Source: Macrostomum hystrix
Taxonomy: Eukaryota; Animalia; Platyhelminthes
DNA length: 64,000 bases
Assembly: GCA_950097015.1 (NCBI GenBank)
Contig: CATNEN010000013.1
Location: 310,001-374,000, forward strand
Direction: 5' to 3'
Shown here piece after piece: positions 14,701-26,992 of the stretch. A model generated the notes under the pieces. It worked only from the letters and a program-made list of their open reading frames with translations. It did not search any database and had not been told where the DNA came from. Position 1 is the stretch's first letter; each line of letters begins with the position of its first letter. The translations under genes and the position numbers were made by a program.

Positions 14701-16295
14701 GTGAATGAGCAGTTTGGAATGCTAGCCTGACATCAATATCAGGTGTGGGATCATTGGTGAATGAGCAGTTTGGAATGCTAGCCTGACATCAATATCAGGT
14801 GTGGGATCATTGGTGAATGAGCAGTTTGGATTGCTAGCCTGACATCAATATCAGGTGTGGGATCATTGGTGAATGAGCAGTTTGGATTGCTAGCCTGACA
14901 TCAATATCAGGTGTGGGATCATTGGTGAATGAGCAGTTTGGATTGCTAGCCTGACATCAATATCAGGTGTGGGATCATTGGTGAATGAGCAGTTTGGATT
15001 GCTAGCCTGACATCAATATCAGGTGTGGGATCATTGGTGAATGAGCAGTTTGGATTGCTAGCCTGACATCAATATCAGGTGTGGGATCATTGGTGAATGA
15101 GCAGTTTGGAATGCTAGCCTGACATCAATATCAGGTGTGGGATCATTGGTGAATGAGCAGTTTGGATTGCTAGCCTGACATCAATATCAGGTGTGGGATC
15201 ATTGGTGAATGAGCAGTTTGGAATGCTAGCCTGACATCAATATCAGGTGTGGGATCATTGGTGAATGAGCAGTTTGGATTGCTAGCCTGACATCAATATC
15301 AGGTGTGGGATCATTGGTGAATGAGCAGTTTGGATTGCTAGCCTGACATCAATATCAGGTGTGGGATCATTGGTGAATGAGCAGTTTGGATTGCTAGCCT
15401 GACATCAATATCAGGTGTGGGATCATTGGTGAATGAGCAGTTTGGATTGCTAGCCTGACATCAATATCAGGTGTGGGATCATTGGTGAATGAGCAGTTTG
15501 GATTGCTAGCCTGACATCAATATCAGGTGTGGGATCATTGGTGAATGAGCAGTTTGGATTGCTAGCCTGACATCAATATCAGGTGTGGGATCATTGGTGA
15601 ATGAGCAGTTTGGATTGCTAGCCTGACATCAATATCAGGTGTGGGATCATTGGTGAATGAGCAGTTTGGATTGCTAGCCTGACATCAATATCAGGTGTGG
15701 GATCATTGGTGAATGAGCAGTTTGGATTGCTAGCCTGACATCAATATCAGGTGTGGGATCATTGGTGAATGAGCAGTTTGGAATGCTAGCCTGACATCAA
15801 TATCAGGTGTGGGATCATTGGTGAATGAGCAGTTTGGAATGCTAGCCTGACATCAATATCAGGTGTGGGATCATTGGTGAATGAGCAGTTTGGATTGCTA
15901 GCCTGACATCAATATCAGGTGTGGGATCATTGGTGAATGAGCAGTTTGGATTGCTAGCCTGACATCAATATCAGGTGTGGGATCATTGGTGAATGAGCAG
16001 TTTGGATTGCTAGCCTGACATCAATATCAGGTGTGGGATCATTGGTGAATGAGCAGTTTGGAATGCTAGCCTGACATCAATATCAGGTGTGGGATCATTG
16101 GTGAATGAGCAGTTTGGATTGCTAGCCTGACATCAATATCAGGTGTGGGATCATTGGTGAATGAGCAGTTTGGATTGCTAGCCTGACATCAATATCAGGT
16201 GTGGGATCATTGGTGAATGAGCAGTTTGGATTGCTAGCCTGACATCAATATCAGGTGTGGGATCATTGCTGAATGAGCAGTTTGGATTGCTAGCC
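2705..16295. repeat. 13.6-kb satellite of a 56-bp unit, about 243 copies (GGGATCATTGGTGAATGAGCAGTTTGGATTGCTAGCCTGACATCAATATCAGGTGT)
   Basis: GGGATCATT recurs at 2707, 2763, 2819 and onward (period 56). No spacers; only a few recurrent point variants. Confidence 0.99.
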
Positions 16296-16631
16296 CTGTA
16301 TGCTTTATTTTGTATTTAAAAAAATATTTTTTTAGGTATTGATTTTACCTTAGCGAAATGTCAACGATTGACAGTGCAGCTCTAAAGAAAATACGAAACA
16401 CAAATCCCACTACAAGTTGCCATTCTATGATTGATAGCATCAGTAGCTAGAGTATTTTTTCAGCTCGTGCATTCAGTAAGCAAACGGCATAAGATTAGAG
16501 TGTGTATATACGAGTTCCCTATCACACAGACACAGCCGTAGCTGCTTGTTCATGGTGTCTTCGGTGTCGAGTGCCTTAGAGAAATGTGGAAGGCTTTAGC
16601 CCTGCCACTCTCATCTTCCATTCAATTGTTT

Positions 16632-16663
<32 letters not shown>
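16632..16663. repeat. (CAG)n microsatellite, about 10 copies
   Basis: Seen directly. Confidence 0.95.
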
Positions 16664-16664
<1 letters not shown>

Positions 16665-16679
16665 TCTGCTAAAGCAAGT

Positions 16680-16960
16680 AAGATAATATCCTGTGTAAGG
16701 GAGAAGTTAGAGGCGATAGCTAACCATCTGGCTTCATGTTGAGCTGTCATTTGGCTAATCCCAAATCTCCCGAAGTCTCGCCGGAGATTTGCAGATTTGA
16801 GTAGACTGCCTACCGCGCTCAAGCTTTTAGGCTTTTTGGCCGAAAAAACGGAATCACTTTTTTTGCGGAAAATTCATCGCCAGATTTAGAAATATATCTA
16901 GAAATAGTTGTGTTTGATAGCCTTGAGCAATCAGCAGTTTCATAATAATAATATGGCATG
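16680..16960 (-). pseudogene. Possible degenerate non-LTR (RTE/L2-like) retrotransposon C-terminal fragment
   Basis: Frameshifted minus-strand pieces ERGRQST and NLRRDFGRFGISQMTAQHEARW loosely resemble the GRP..W..DL..GI....A.DR..W end of RTE-type ORFs. Weak. Confidence 0.3.
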
Positions 16961-16974
16961 TAATATTTGATTAC

Positions 16975-17215
16975 CTGCCCCAATTGGGTCAGATGTGCAG
17001 CCGACAGCACAGCCGCAGCTATTGCGCGGCGCATCTGAAGGCTGCGTACGGCTGTTCAGTCCATGGACTGTGGAGGACGCCACACCCACCCTCAATTACC
17101 CAAGCTAATGCCGGTACCAATTTATTAGCTGAGTCAGGAATCGAACTCCCGACCTTCGGTTAGAGTAGCAGTTTAAGCTGCAACAAAGAACGCTAATAAT
17201 TATAAGGCCGCACTA
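16975..17215 (-). mobile_element. tRNA-derived SINE, family B copy (internally deleted)
   Basis: Minus strand has a B-box (GGGAGTTCGATTCC) and a body of about 110 nt nearly identical to 49800-49915 (GGTGGGTGTGGCGTC..CAGTCCATGGACTGAACAGCCGTAC..GCAATAGCTGCGGCTGTG). Confidence 0.85.
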
Positions 17216-18049
17216 ACAGGTAGTTGCCAGTCAGCTTTACCAAAATGTTCATTTAACAAGCCAGGTGAAAATTGGATGCTGCTGCAAATACTCCACGCCT
17301 CCGTAAATTTCCTAATTAGCTCGTACGACCTGGCTGGAGCGTTGAACTGAAAAATTTTCTGCCTCTTTTTCAAAAGAGGGAAAGTACATTTAGATACTCA
17401 AACAGTTTCTTTTCTCCCACTCCCAGGCAATCTCAAAGTATTGCCAGTCACTGAGGCAGTTATCGATCCCGCTCCACTTCCCCGCTAATTCAAATTCCGA
17501 ATTCCTAGAAAGGTTCTTTGAATAATAGTTGAATATTCTAAATATGCACTACTAAAGCATTGTCTCGGGGCAAATGATAAGTGACAATTTAAGTGTCGCA
17601 TGACTTAAAATAATTGTGTTCGTACAGCTTGCATTTTAACTAGCTTAAACTCTGATTCCTTAGGCAAAGTAAAGGCGTCAAATATTTTTTCAACAAAGTT
17701 TTGCAGTTGGTGTGCAGTGAGCAGCAGTTTAGGAATAGGAAAGGCTTCCAAAGAGAATTTATTAAGCCATTGGATTTCTCACTTAGTCCAGCATTCAGTG
17801 CCGATGCGTCTTCAAGAGTCCCGCTCTCCTGCTACATTATAGTATTATTATTATTATTATTACTATTCTGAGCCGCTTCTGCTCACTTGTCTATGGAGCT
17901 TCCATCTCCCAATTCTGCCTAGAGTCTGCTTTTAAAAGCCCCAAAGAGGAAGCGCCAGGTGAAAGCTTCCTCCGCCTCAATGCGGAAAGTTGAGCAGTTT
18001 TGTTGAGCACAACTGTATGGATGCGCGTTTGACTATGAAAATTTCACTT

Positions 18050-18508
18050 GAGCACCGGTGAATTGGGACAGGGGAGCAGTGAGCACAGGTGAATTGGGAA
18101 AGGGGAGCAGTGAGCACAGGTGAGCACAGGTGAATTGGGAAAGGGGAGCAGTGAGCACAGGTGAGCACAGGTGAATTGGGTGATGGAACAGTGAGCACAG
18201 GTGAATTGGGTGATGGAACAGTGAGCACAGGTGAATTGGGTGATGGAACAGTGAGCACAGGTGAATTGGGTGATGGAACAGTGAGCACAGGTGAATTGGG
18301 TGATGGAACAGTGAGCACAGGTGAATTGGGTGATGGAACAGTGAGCACAGGTGAATTGGGTGATGGAACAGTGAGCACAGGTGAATTGGGTGATGGAACA
18401 GTGAGCACAGGTGAATTGGGTGATGGAACAGTGAGCACAGGTGAATTGGGTGATGGAACAGTGAGCACAGGTGAATTGGGTGATGGAACAGTGAGCACAG
18501 GTGAATTT
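18050..18508. repeat. 30-bp minisatellite (GTGAGCACAGGTGAATTGGGTGATGGAACA)n
   Basis: Direct periodicity; the leftmost units are a variant (..GGGAAAGGGGAGCA). Confidence 0.97.
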
Positions 18509-18860
18509 ATTGGGTAAAAGAGAACACAGTCTAGTGAGAGAGGCGATGAATGAAAAGGAATCCTAAAATTCAGAATCTAAAGCTGCCACATCTGTTAGAA
18601 CTCACAGCGTCCCAGCACTCAGCTGTATAATTCTTTCGTCCAATGCAGCGTCAACAGTGAATGGCCCTCCTTTCTCATTGGTTTGTGCTTCTCGGTGGGG
18701 CGATCCACTGGATTAGCGCTAGAAGGATAATCAGCCTGCTCAGCCGGGCAGTCAAACTGCTCTCTGCTTTCCAAATTTGACTGCGACTAAGACCCAGTCT
18801 GGAACAGAGAAATTCCACGCTACAGACTTTTTACCAGGAATTTTTGAAAGGCCGCTAGAA

Positions 18861-21800
18861 ATGGCACCAACCCGGCGACTGGCTTTGACGGCCGCAGCTG
18901 CCGCCCTGATGCTGCTGGCTTGCTGCTGCTGCACCGCCCAAGCCTTCATCGGCATCATCGGCGGAAAGGGGCGAGGCGCGGTGAGCTGTGGGTGAATTGA
19001 GTATGGTAGCGGTGAGCTGTGGGTGAATCGAGTCTGGGAGCGGTGAGCTGTGGGTGAATCGAGTCTGGTAGCGGTGAGCTGTGGGTGAATCGAGTCTGGT
19101 AGCGGTGAGCTGTGGGTGAATTGAGTCTGGTAGCGGTGAGCTGTGGGTGAATTGAGTCTGGGAGCGGTGAGCTGTGGGTGAATTGAGTCTGGGAGCGGTG
19201 AGCTGTGGGTGAATTGAGTCTGGTAGCGGTGAGCTGTGGGTGAATTGAGTCTGGTAGCGGTGAGCTGTGGGTGAATCGAGTCTGGTAGCGGTGAGCTGTG
19301 GGTGAATTGAGTCTGGTAGCGGTGAGCTGTGGGTGAATTGAGTCTGGTAGCGGTGAGCTGGGGGTGAATTGAGTCTGGTAGCGGTGAGCTGTGGGTGAAT
19401 TGAGTCTGGTAGCGGTGAGCTGTGGGTGAATTGAGTCTGGTAGCGGTGAGCTGTGGGTGAATCGAGTCTGGTAGCGGTGAGCTGTGGGTGAATAGTGATT
19501 TATTGAGTTGGGGGACGAATAGACAATTCATGAGCTCATGATAGTTGCGCTAGGCCATCAGTTGGCCACCGAGACTGCAAGGCCATCAGTTGGTGGTAAT
19601 GGAGCTAAGGAGAGTCTGTGGGGCATGCTGTGTGTTTTCAAGCAGTGGAAAATAAAGTAAAAAAAACATTTTTCCCATGCAAGTTGAAAACTGAGGCAGA
19701 CTCTGTGGAGGCAGCGCCTTGGAAACTGTTGATTTGTCGGGCAGGGCGGGGGGCTGACGATGCAGCTCTCGGTTCCCCCCCCCATCTGCAAATACTGAAT
19801 GCGTCTGCGTTTCGCTTCCTTTGCTTAGCATTCTTCTACCGTGGCGGAGGGTGGGGCGGGGCGTCGGCTGGAGTCGGCCTGACGAGGTGAAAGCAAAACT
19901 CAGAGCGGTGTGACGCGCGGATCCCCGCAATGCAGCTTTCTTCCCATCTTTCAAGCGCCCAACAGCTTCCACCCAGACGAGAGGGAAGCGACTCGTTTCA
20001 GCCGTAGCATTCCAGCGGGGAATATTGTTTTTCAATAATTTATCCCCCTTAGCCCGGTCGGTTGGAAACTGAGTTGGTCCTGAAGCCGCCAGACTGTAGA
20101 AAATGGCCGCTTCAGGAGACGGGAATTCACACTTAGCGGGAAGAATAAAAAAATCCCATCTAGATCCCCCGCCATTGATCTTCGCCAGTCGGCTCATGTC
20201 AGCTTTCGGGCGCGCAGAAAAAACACCTGAACGCCGGGGAGTTTTAAATTATTTATCGGATGAGGCGCGGATTTCAAAGATTCATCGCGTCCTCCGTTTT
20301 TCCACCTTCCAGCCGCAGCCGCCGCCAGTGAGAAAGGCTGGCCTAAATTTCCACAGAGGATCGCTCTGATTTATTTTCGTCTATTTGCGCAGACAAATTA
20401 AATCAGAGAAAATCAAAGTCGTTTCAATTTATTTGTCGACTTTGAGCAAACCAAATCGAGATTTACGGTTGCTCGGGTCTTCAAAGTGATCTCATGCTGA
20501 GCCCATTGAGGGACTTAGTAGTTATGGGGAGATTCTCTTTCTTGGAATTGGTGGCCTTTTTAACTGAAGGGAATATGATGTATGATGAAAATCTAATTAT
20601 TTATTTACGATCTATATTTACCTATTACTCGTAACTTCCTGAGCTTTCAACTTCAGTTCGGTAAACTGTAACTTGTGATTGTTTTGTCTATGGCCTAATC
20701 GTATCCAGACAATGCTAGTTTGCATAGCAATCAGATGCCAAGTTAAAAATCGTAGCAGCAGTGAAGCACGGAACAGAATTGACGAACCGTTATGCAAACA
20801 GTTTGCCCGGGTCTGTCAATTTCTGATGGATTAAAAATCTATAACTTGACAGGGTCTGGTCAAGAATAAGTTTTCAGCGCTCCGCAAGACACACAGGACA
20901 CTCTAGCGCAGTCAATTTTAAATGCTGGCTATCGTTGGCTCATTATTGTCTTGCTCCGCTATTTCATTGTTAAACTTTTTTTCTTCTTGCTGCTGCTGCT
21001 ACCAGCAATTTTACAAAAATGGATTTGTGCTAGCCATTAGCAAATTTGTTTTAGAAAAGAGCTTTACAGTGAAAGCGTCTGGTTTTTTAAAGTTTTTTAG
21101 AAGCTTTTAAAAAGTTGTCACGGTGAAGGTTGGCTCGTGAAAGAAAGTATTTTGTTGCGATAACCGAATTTTTTTCTCTAATCTTCTCTAAAATAATCCA
21201 ATTATTTCAGTGCGAGAGAGACGGCGGCATCTGTTTCACTCAGGATGCCTGCTGCGAGGACTTCACCTGCGAGAAGGCCAGTCAGGGTGAGTGTGGCTTC
21301 TGGGTGAAGTCGTAGAATCCTCCTTGTTTCTATTCTTAGAAAATTGAAATGACGAATTTTCTCGCTTCTATTTTTAGAATATTGAAGTCTTTGTTTCTAT
21401 TTTTAGAATATTAAAGTCAGTGATTCTATTCTTAGAAATTGGAAGCGACGAATCCTATCGTTTCTATTTTTAGACATACATTTTTTTAATTTAAATTTTT
21501 CAAATACATGTAAAATTGACTTCGTCAAAAGAAGTTCTTGATTGGAGTTCTAAAGCAAAGTGTAAAAGTAATGAGAATATATATGCAAATTGGGAAAAAG
21601 GAAAAAAACATGAGTTTGGAAAAAATGCTGAACTTATCGGTTTAATTATATTCATCAACTGCTGCTTTGGAATCGGTGTTTTATTTGCTGGCGATCAAAG
21701 ACTAGAGCAGAAGGAACATAATATCAATACTAAAATGATTTTCTTCTATCAGGCCTTCTGTGACAAGTCTTCATCGAACAAATGAATCCATGCATATACA

Positions 21801-24800
21801 TAGTCATATATAGATTGGCCATCAGCATCAGTCAATCAGACCTTAGTCAAGCAAGATGGCCAAGCCGCGCCCATGACCATTTTCTGCCCGAGGCTAATGA
21901 ACTGCTAGTACCCCCTCGACTGCCAGCTTATTTAGTGGGTTTGGCAGGCTTGGTAACACAAGCTGTGCTAGACAATACAATCAAAAGAAGCTAACACTGA
22001 GCTTCTCAAGCATCACAGCAAATGATAGCCTATATGTTACTTATAAGTACCTACCTAACTGCTCAATTTCAATCGCTTTTTATATGCCTGTGATATTTTT
22101 ATGGGATTCTGCTTAAAAACGTATGCAAATGTCGACAATCTGGAGTTAAATGTAGACACTATGTAAAAATGAAATATGGTACATATAAGAGAGATTTGAT
22201 ACTAGATACTACAAAAATAGTAGAGCCTAGAGACTAGATAATGCATAGATTAGATAGATTTGAGGTCGGACAGATTAGAGATCGCAGAGATAGTAGAGAC
22301 TCCCTAATCTAGATTAGATCTCTCTCAGATTTCTAGATCTATCTTATCTATTGAGAAACTATAGAATCGAGAGACTAGAGACGAGAGGGATTAGAGACTA
22401 GAGATTAGATAGATTTGAGGGACTAGAGATTAGAGAATAGAGAGATTAGAGATTAGAGAATAGAGAGATTAGAGATTAGAGAATAGAGAGATTAGAGATT
22501 AGAGAATAGAGAGATTAGAGATTAGAGAGATTAGAGATTAGAGAATAGAGATAAGAGAGATTAGAGATGAGAGAGATTAGAGACTAGAGAGACTAGTTAT
22601 TAGAGATTAGAGAATACAGAGATAAGAGAGATTAGAGATGAGAGAATAGAGAGATTAGAGATTAGAGAATAGAGAGATTAGAGATTAGAGAATAGAGAGA
22701 TTAGAGATTAGAGAATAGAGAGATTAGAGATTAGAGAATAGAGAGATTAGAGATTAGCGAATAGAGAGATTAGAGATTAGAGAATAGAGAGATTAGAGAT
22801 TAGCGAATAGAGAGATTAGAGATTAGAGAATAGAGAGATTAGAGATTAGCGAGACTAGAGATGATAGCGAGTTTAGATACATTAGAGAAACTAGAGATTA
22901 GATCGATGAGAGAGATTAGAGGTTAGATAGATTAAAGAGACTAGGGGTTAATGGGTAGAGCAACATTAACTGCAGAGTTGAGATGTGATTCAAGGCAAGA
23001 GGCAGTTACTGCTAAGTCAGGAGACAAGCAAATTTCTCGTCGATTTAATAAAAATCGAGGTCTTATTTTAAATTTTTCGTAACGGCGACGTGTTTTTTGA
23101 ATAACGCCTCAATGTTATTAATTCCTCTAAGCTCCCAACCCAATAGAATAGAATTGAATGCCGTTTTAAGCAAACCAACCTAGGATACATAACAAGCCTA
23201 GGATACGGAGCTGCAGTCAATTGGTGCGTGTCAAAACCCTCATCTCGTTGGATAGTGAGAGAACTGCTTCCCACAGCAGTCTCCCAAGTACATAACGAAA
23301 TCAAATTATCCAGCCAGTAATTTAATTCTGTCCCACCAGCCTACTAAATCGATTGTCAGTTTTGTTCCCATCGCAAAATCATTCGGATAATTTTACGAGT
23401 TAGGCCACAGATACTATAACAACTATACTATATACTATAGTTATTATAGTATCTGTGAGTTAGGCTCGTTAAATCCGGAGTGCTCTGATGTAGAATTGTT
23501 GCTCCAGTTCCTTTCGGCATGACGGTGATGACTTTTGGCTGACCAATTTGCTGAAGTTTTCTTGTTCGCTTAATCGTTTGAATTGTACTTCCAATGGAAT
23601 CTTGCCAAAGGAATCTTGTCGAAGGAATATTGTCGAAGGAATCTTGCCAAAGGAATATTGTCGAAGGAATCTTGTCGAAGGAATCTTGTCGAAGGAATCT
23701 TGTCGAATGAATCTTATCGAAGGAATATTGTCGAAGGAATCTTGTCGAAGGAATCTTGTCGAAGGAATCTTATCGAAGGAATCTTGTCGAATGAATCTTG
23801 TCGAAGGAATCTTGTCGAAGGAATCTTGTCGAAGGAATCTTGCCAAAGGAATCTTGTCGAAGGAATCTTGTCGAAGGAATCTTGTCGAAGGAATCTTATC
23901 GAAGGAATCTTGTCGAATGAATCTTGTCGAAGGAATCTCATCGAAGGAATCTTGTCGAATGAATCTTATCGAAGGAATCTTGCCAAAGGAATCTTGTCGA
24001 AGGAATCTTATCGATTGAATATTGTCGAAGTAAGTCTTGTCGAAAAAAAGATAAAATCTGGTCTAGAGGGTCTAGAGGCTGCGGGAATCGAAGTGAATTT
24101 CTTCCGCATCACAGCGCGCAGAATTTTTGCATGCAGAATTTGGCTAACTTAAGAAAATAATTAGTTAGATGAGATTGAGAAATGAGAGAGCATCAGTGGC
24201 TGTGGCAGGTGCAAAAAAGCAGTCTATCGGTCACTGGTCAATGCTAAGTTCTTTAACTCTACAGACAGACAAAAATTTGCTCAAACGAAATCACATTTTT
24301 TGTAAGACTTTGCATCAGATCAGTTTAGTACAGCCTTTTTAAAGTTTAATTGGTCATTAGCAATGACCAATTTAATTGCTCAGTTGGGGGGGGTTAATTG
24401 GTCCAAAATCTACCCCACAGAGTCGGTGGGGGCGCATGAATTATTTGACTTGTGTTTTTTGTTTTCACTCTGTGAATTATTAAATAGTTAAGCGGCGACA
24501 AAGCCTAGAGTTGGCTCTTTAGCGTCAACAATACTCCCTGCATTCGGTTTGCATTGTTTGCTATAATCCAGCGATACTGGGAACCGCTTATTTTAAACTA
24601 ATTTATTTAATTTGCGCAGAGAAAAACATAATAAGCGGGTTAGGCACAGACAAGTTAAGGAAGAGAAAAATAATAGAGGAGAGTGCAATTGTTTATTAGC
24701 AACTGGGGATTTTTCGTTCTGAAAGATTTCATCAATTTGAAAGAAATACTCTATTCTCCCTACTTAATAAGTAGCTAAAACCTGTCAGTCGGTAAGAAAG

Positions 24801-25856
24801 TTAAAATAATTGCTGGGACACTTTCAACATACTTTCAAAACCTCAAGATCAGTAACTTCTTAGTTTGAGAACTTGAGAACTTTTCTCAGGATCTGAAAGT
24901 GGCACTCTTCAGGTTCTGAAAGTGGCACTCATCAGGTTCTGAAAGTGGCACTCTTCAGGTTCTGAAAGTGGCACTCTTCAGGTTCTGAAAGTGGCACTCA
25001 TCAGGTTCTGAAAGTGGCACTCATCAGGTTCTGAAAGTGGCACTCTTCAGGTTCTAAAAGTGGCACTCTTCAGGTTCTGAAGGGCGGATAGCTCAGTCAG
25101 TAAGGTGTCGGACTCTGGATCAGATGGTCCTGGGTTCGACTCCCGACCTAGTCAAGAACTATTCGTGCAGCCTTTGGCAAGCTGCTTTGCCCTGATGTGC
25201 ACACAGTCTACTCAGCTGCAAATGAGTACCGATATTTCGTCGGGTAATAATAATTCCGGCTGGCGTGGAATAAAGCAGTTCTGTGCGGCAATTAAGTGGG
25301 TTTGGATGCGGCCGATATGTTTGGAAAAAAATTAATTCCATTGCTGACACGTGGCTGTCAACCGGTGTCCGAGAGAGCCTGGGTAGGTGTGAGGTCCCCA
25401 CCTGCTAGTGTGCTTGACACACAACACCTGCACTGGGTCTAGTGTCAATTATTATTATTATTACTCTTCAGGTTCTCAAAGTGGCACTCACTACTACTCA
25501 TACTATTTCCAGCTACCTACGGTCGCTGCACTCCCAACAAGGCTCAGCTTGGCGGAATCGACGGCCTCGGCGGCGTCAGAATCGGTGGCGGCGGCGGCGG
25601 CGCTGCCGGTGGCGGGAACGGCGCCGGCAACGACGGTGGCTCCGGACGCGGCGCCTGCGACACCGACTCGGACTGTCCGGCCGGGCACTGCTGCTCGGCG
25701 GCCGAGCTGTCCGAGACCGGAGGCTACAGGAGGCCGGCCTGCCGACCAGCTGGAACTGCCGGCTGCTCCGGGCACAACGCTGAGAACCTGTTCCAGCAGT
25801 ACTACAGCGGCCTGTTCAGAAAGCGCGATCAGGAGGAAGGCGTCGATCTGTATTGA
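18861..25856 (+). CDS. Secreted two-cystine-knot precursor, ITG/prohormone-3-like, 179 aa; exons 18861-18980, 21211-21286, 25513-25856
   Basis: Signal peptide MAPTRRLALTAAAAALMLLACCCCTAQA. GT-AG introns with matching phases 0 and 1. Spliced product has C-x6-C-x5-CC-x4-C-x10-C, a Gly-rich linker, C-x5-C-x4-CC-x15-C-x7-C, then LFRKR-DQEEGVDLY*. Confidence 0.85.
18978..19495. repeat. 31-bp minisatellite starting at the splice donor of intron 1 (GCG-GTGAGCTGTGGGTGAATTGAGTCTGGTA)n
   Basis: GTGAGC at 18981, 19012 and onward; the unit includes the last exon bases plus the donor. Confidence 0.97.
22230..22935. repeat. GA-rich low-complexity repeat (GAGATTAGAGATTAGAGAATAGA-like, about 23 bp)
   Basis: Seen directly, within intron 2 of the cystine-knot gene. 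Confidence 0.93.
23596..24045. repeat. 14-bp minisatellite (GAAGGAATCTTGTC)n
   Basis: Direct periodicity; gives 14-aa-periodic artefact ORFs. Confidence 0.95.
24890..25081. repeat. 23-bp minisatellite (GGCACTCTTCAGGTTCTGAAAGT)n, about 8 copies, interrupted by a SINE
   Basis: Period 23 (24901, 24924 and onward); one more unit resumes at about 25464. Confidence 0.95.
25082..25463 (+). mobile_element. tRNA-derived SINE, family C
   Basis: tRNA-like head GGGCGGATAGCTCAGTCAGTAAGG..GGGTTCGACTCCC (A and B boxes), CORE-like segment (CCTTTGGCAAG..CTCAGCTGCAAATGAGTACC), (ATT)n tail at 25447-25463; flanked by the 23-bp repeat on both sides. Confidence 0.85.
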
Positions 25857-26294
25857 AAGAAAAAGTAAATTGGAAAGCGTCACTTCACGAATGCAGCCTC
25901 AATAACCAATATTGATTTCACTCTAATTATGAAACTGATCGCACTAATAATGGTTGGATATCAAGGAACATTGTTCTAAAAGGACTAGAGCTGTAGAAAG
26001 TTGCTATGCTTTTCGTAGATTATCGCAATCGATATAATTGCAGCACTTAGATTGTGTGCAAGTCTTCAATGACGGCAGTACCTGGAATTTTAAACAAACA
26101 CCTTTTTGCGTAATACAAAACACGATTGAAGCGCTTGAGTGAGGCAAATCCATTACACTCTTATTGATCAGCAGCGATTGCTTTAATAGTCAGATACGAG
26201 CTCTGCCTTTTATGTGAAATAGTTGGTTATTTAATTCGATACCTGTAATGTGGACATGAGGTAAAAGATAATGGGTCATTGGATACGATGGGTC

Positions 26295-26575
26295 ATACTG
26301 TGGGTCATGGGAGATGATGGGTCATGGGAGATGATGGGTCATGGGAGATGATGGGTCATGGGAGATGATGGGTCATGGGAGATGATGGGTCATGGGAGAT
26401 GATGAGTCATGGGAGATGATGGGTCATGGGAGATGATGGGTCATGGGAGATGATGGGTCATGGGAGATGATGGGTCATGGGAGATGATGGGTCATGGGAG
26501 ATGATGGGTCATGGGAGATGATGGGTCATGGGAGATGATGGGTCATGGGAGATGATGGGTCATGGGAGATGATGG
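26295..26575. repeat. 17-bp minisatellite (GGGAGATGATGGGTCAT)n
   Basis: Direct periodicity. Confidence 0.96.
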
Positions 26576-26992
26576 AGCTAAATAGTCCTGAATTTTGGCA
26601 TTTTACCAGGCTAATCGCGTTACGTTACGTTAATTTTAACAATTCGTTTTTTGTTATTATGCTCATCAATGCTTCTCAGTAAACTTTTGACCAATTCTGA
26701 AGGTTCCGTCACTGATTAGAATATTACACCACAGATAGTCATCGTACAGTACACAACACGGCTCATACGTATACGTCTCTGCACTATTATTGTAACCTGG
26801 CGTCATTCTCCACTGGCGCTAAAAATAGAACGGGATAGGGAGAGACCTTACACGCCCCGCAGTGGGGTGGGGCGGATTGGCCGCCACACCCAATAGGCGG
26901 GCAGCTTGCGAGTGGCGACACGCGCTGCAATATTTTGTGCCAGCGTGGATGTAATAAGATTTCTAACTATGTGCAATTTACAAGCGTAGACC

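Noticed and set aside
2705-16295. CRISPR array
   Set aside because: Units are contiguous with no unique spacers, there are no cas genes, and the context is eukaryotic.
17977-19531. Repetitive ORFs (TVPSPNSPVL, STGELGDGTV, HSSPLPDSIHPQ)
   Set aside because: Products of the 30- and 31-bp arrays; the only real coding part is 18861-18980.
19879-19899. Hammerhead-like CTGACGAG-GT-GAAA-GC-AAAAC
   Set aside because: Lacks the closing C and the GAAA core (reads CAAAAC), and I could not form stems I and III.
19586-20369. 203-aa and neighbouring ORFs in intron 1
   Set aside because: No domain signature or convincing splice sites; more likely GC-rich intronic or regulatory DNA.
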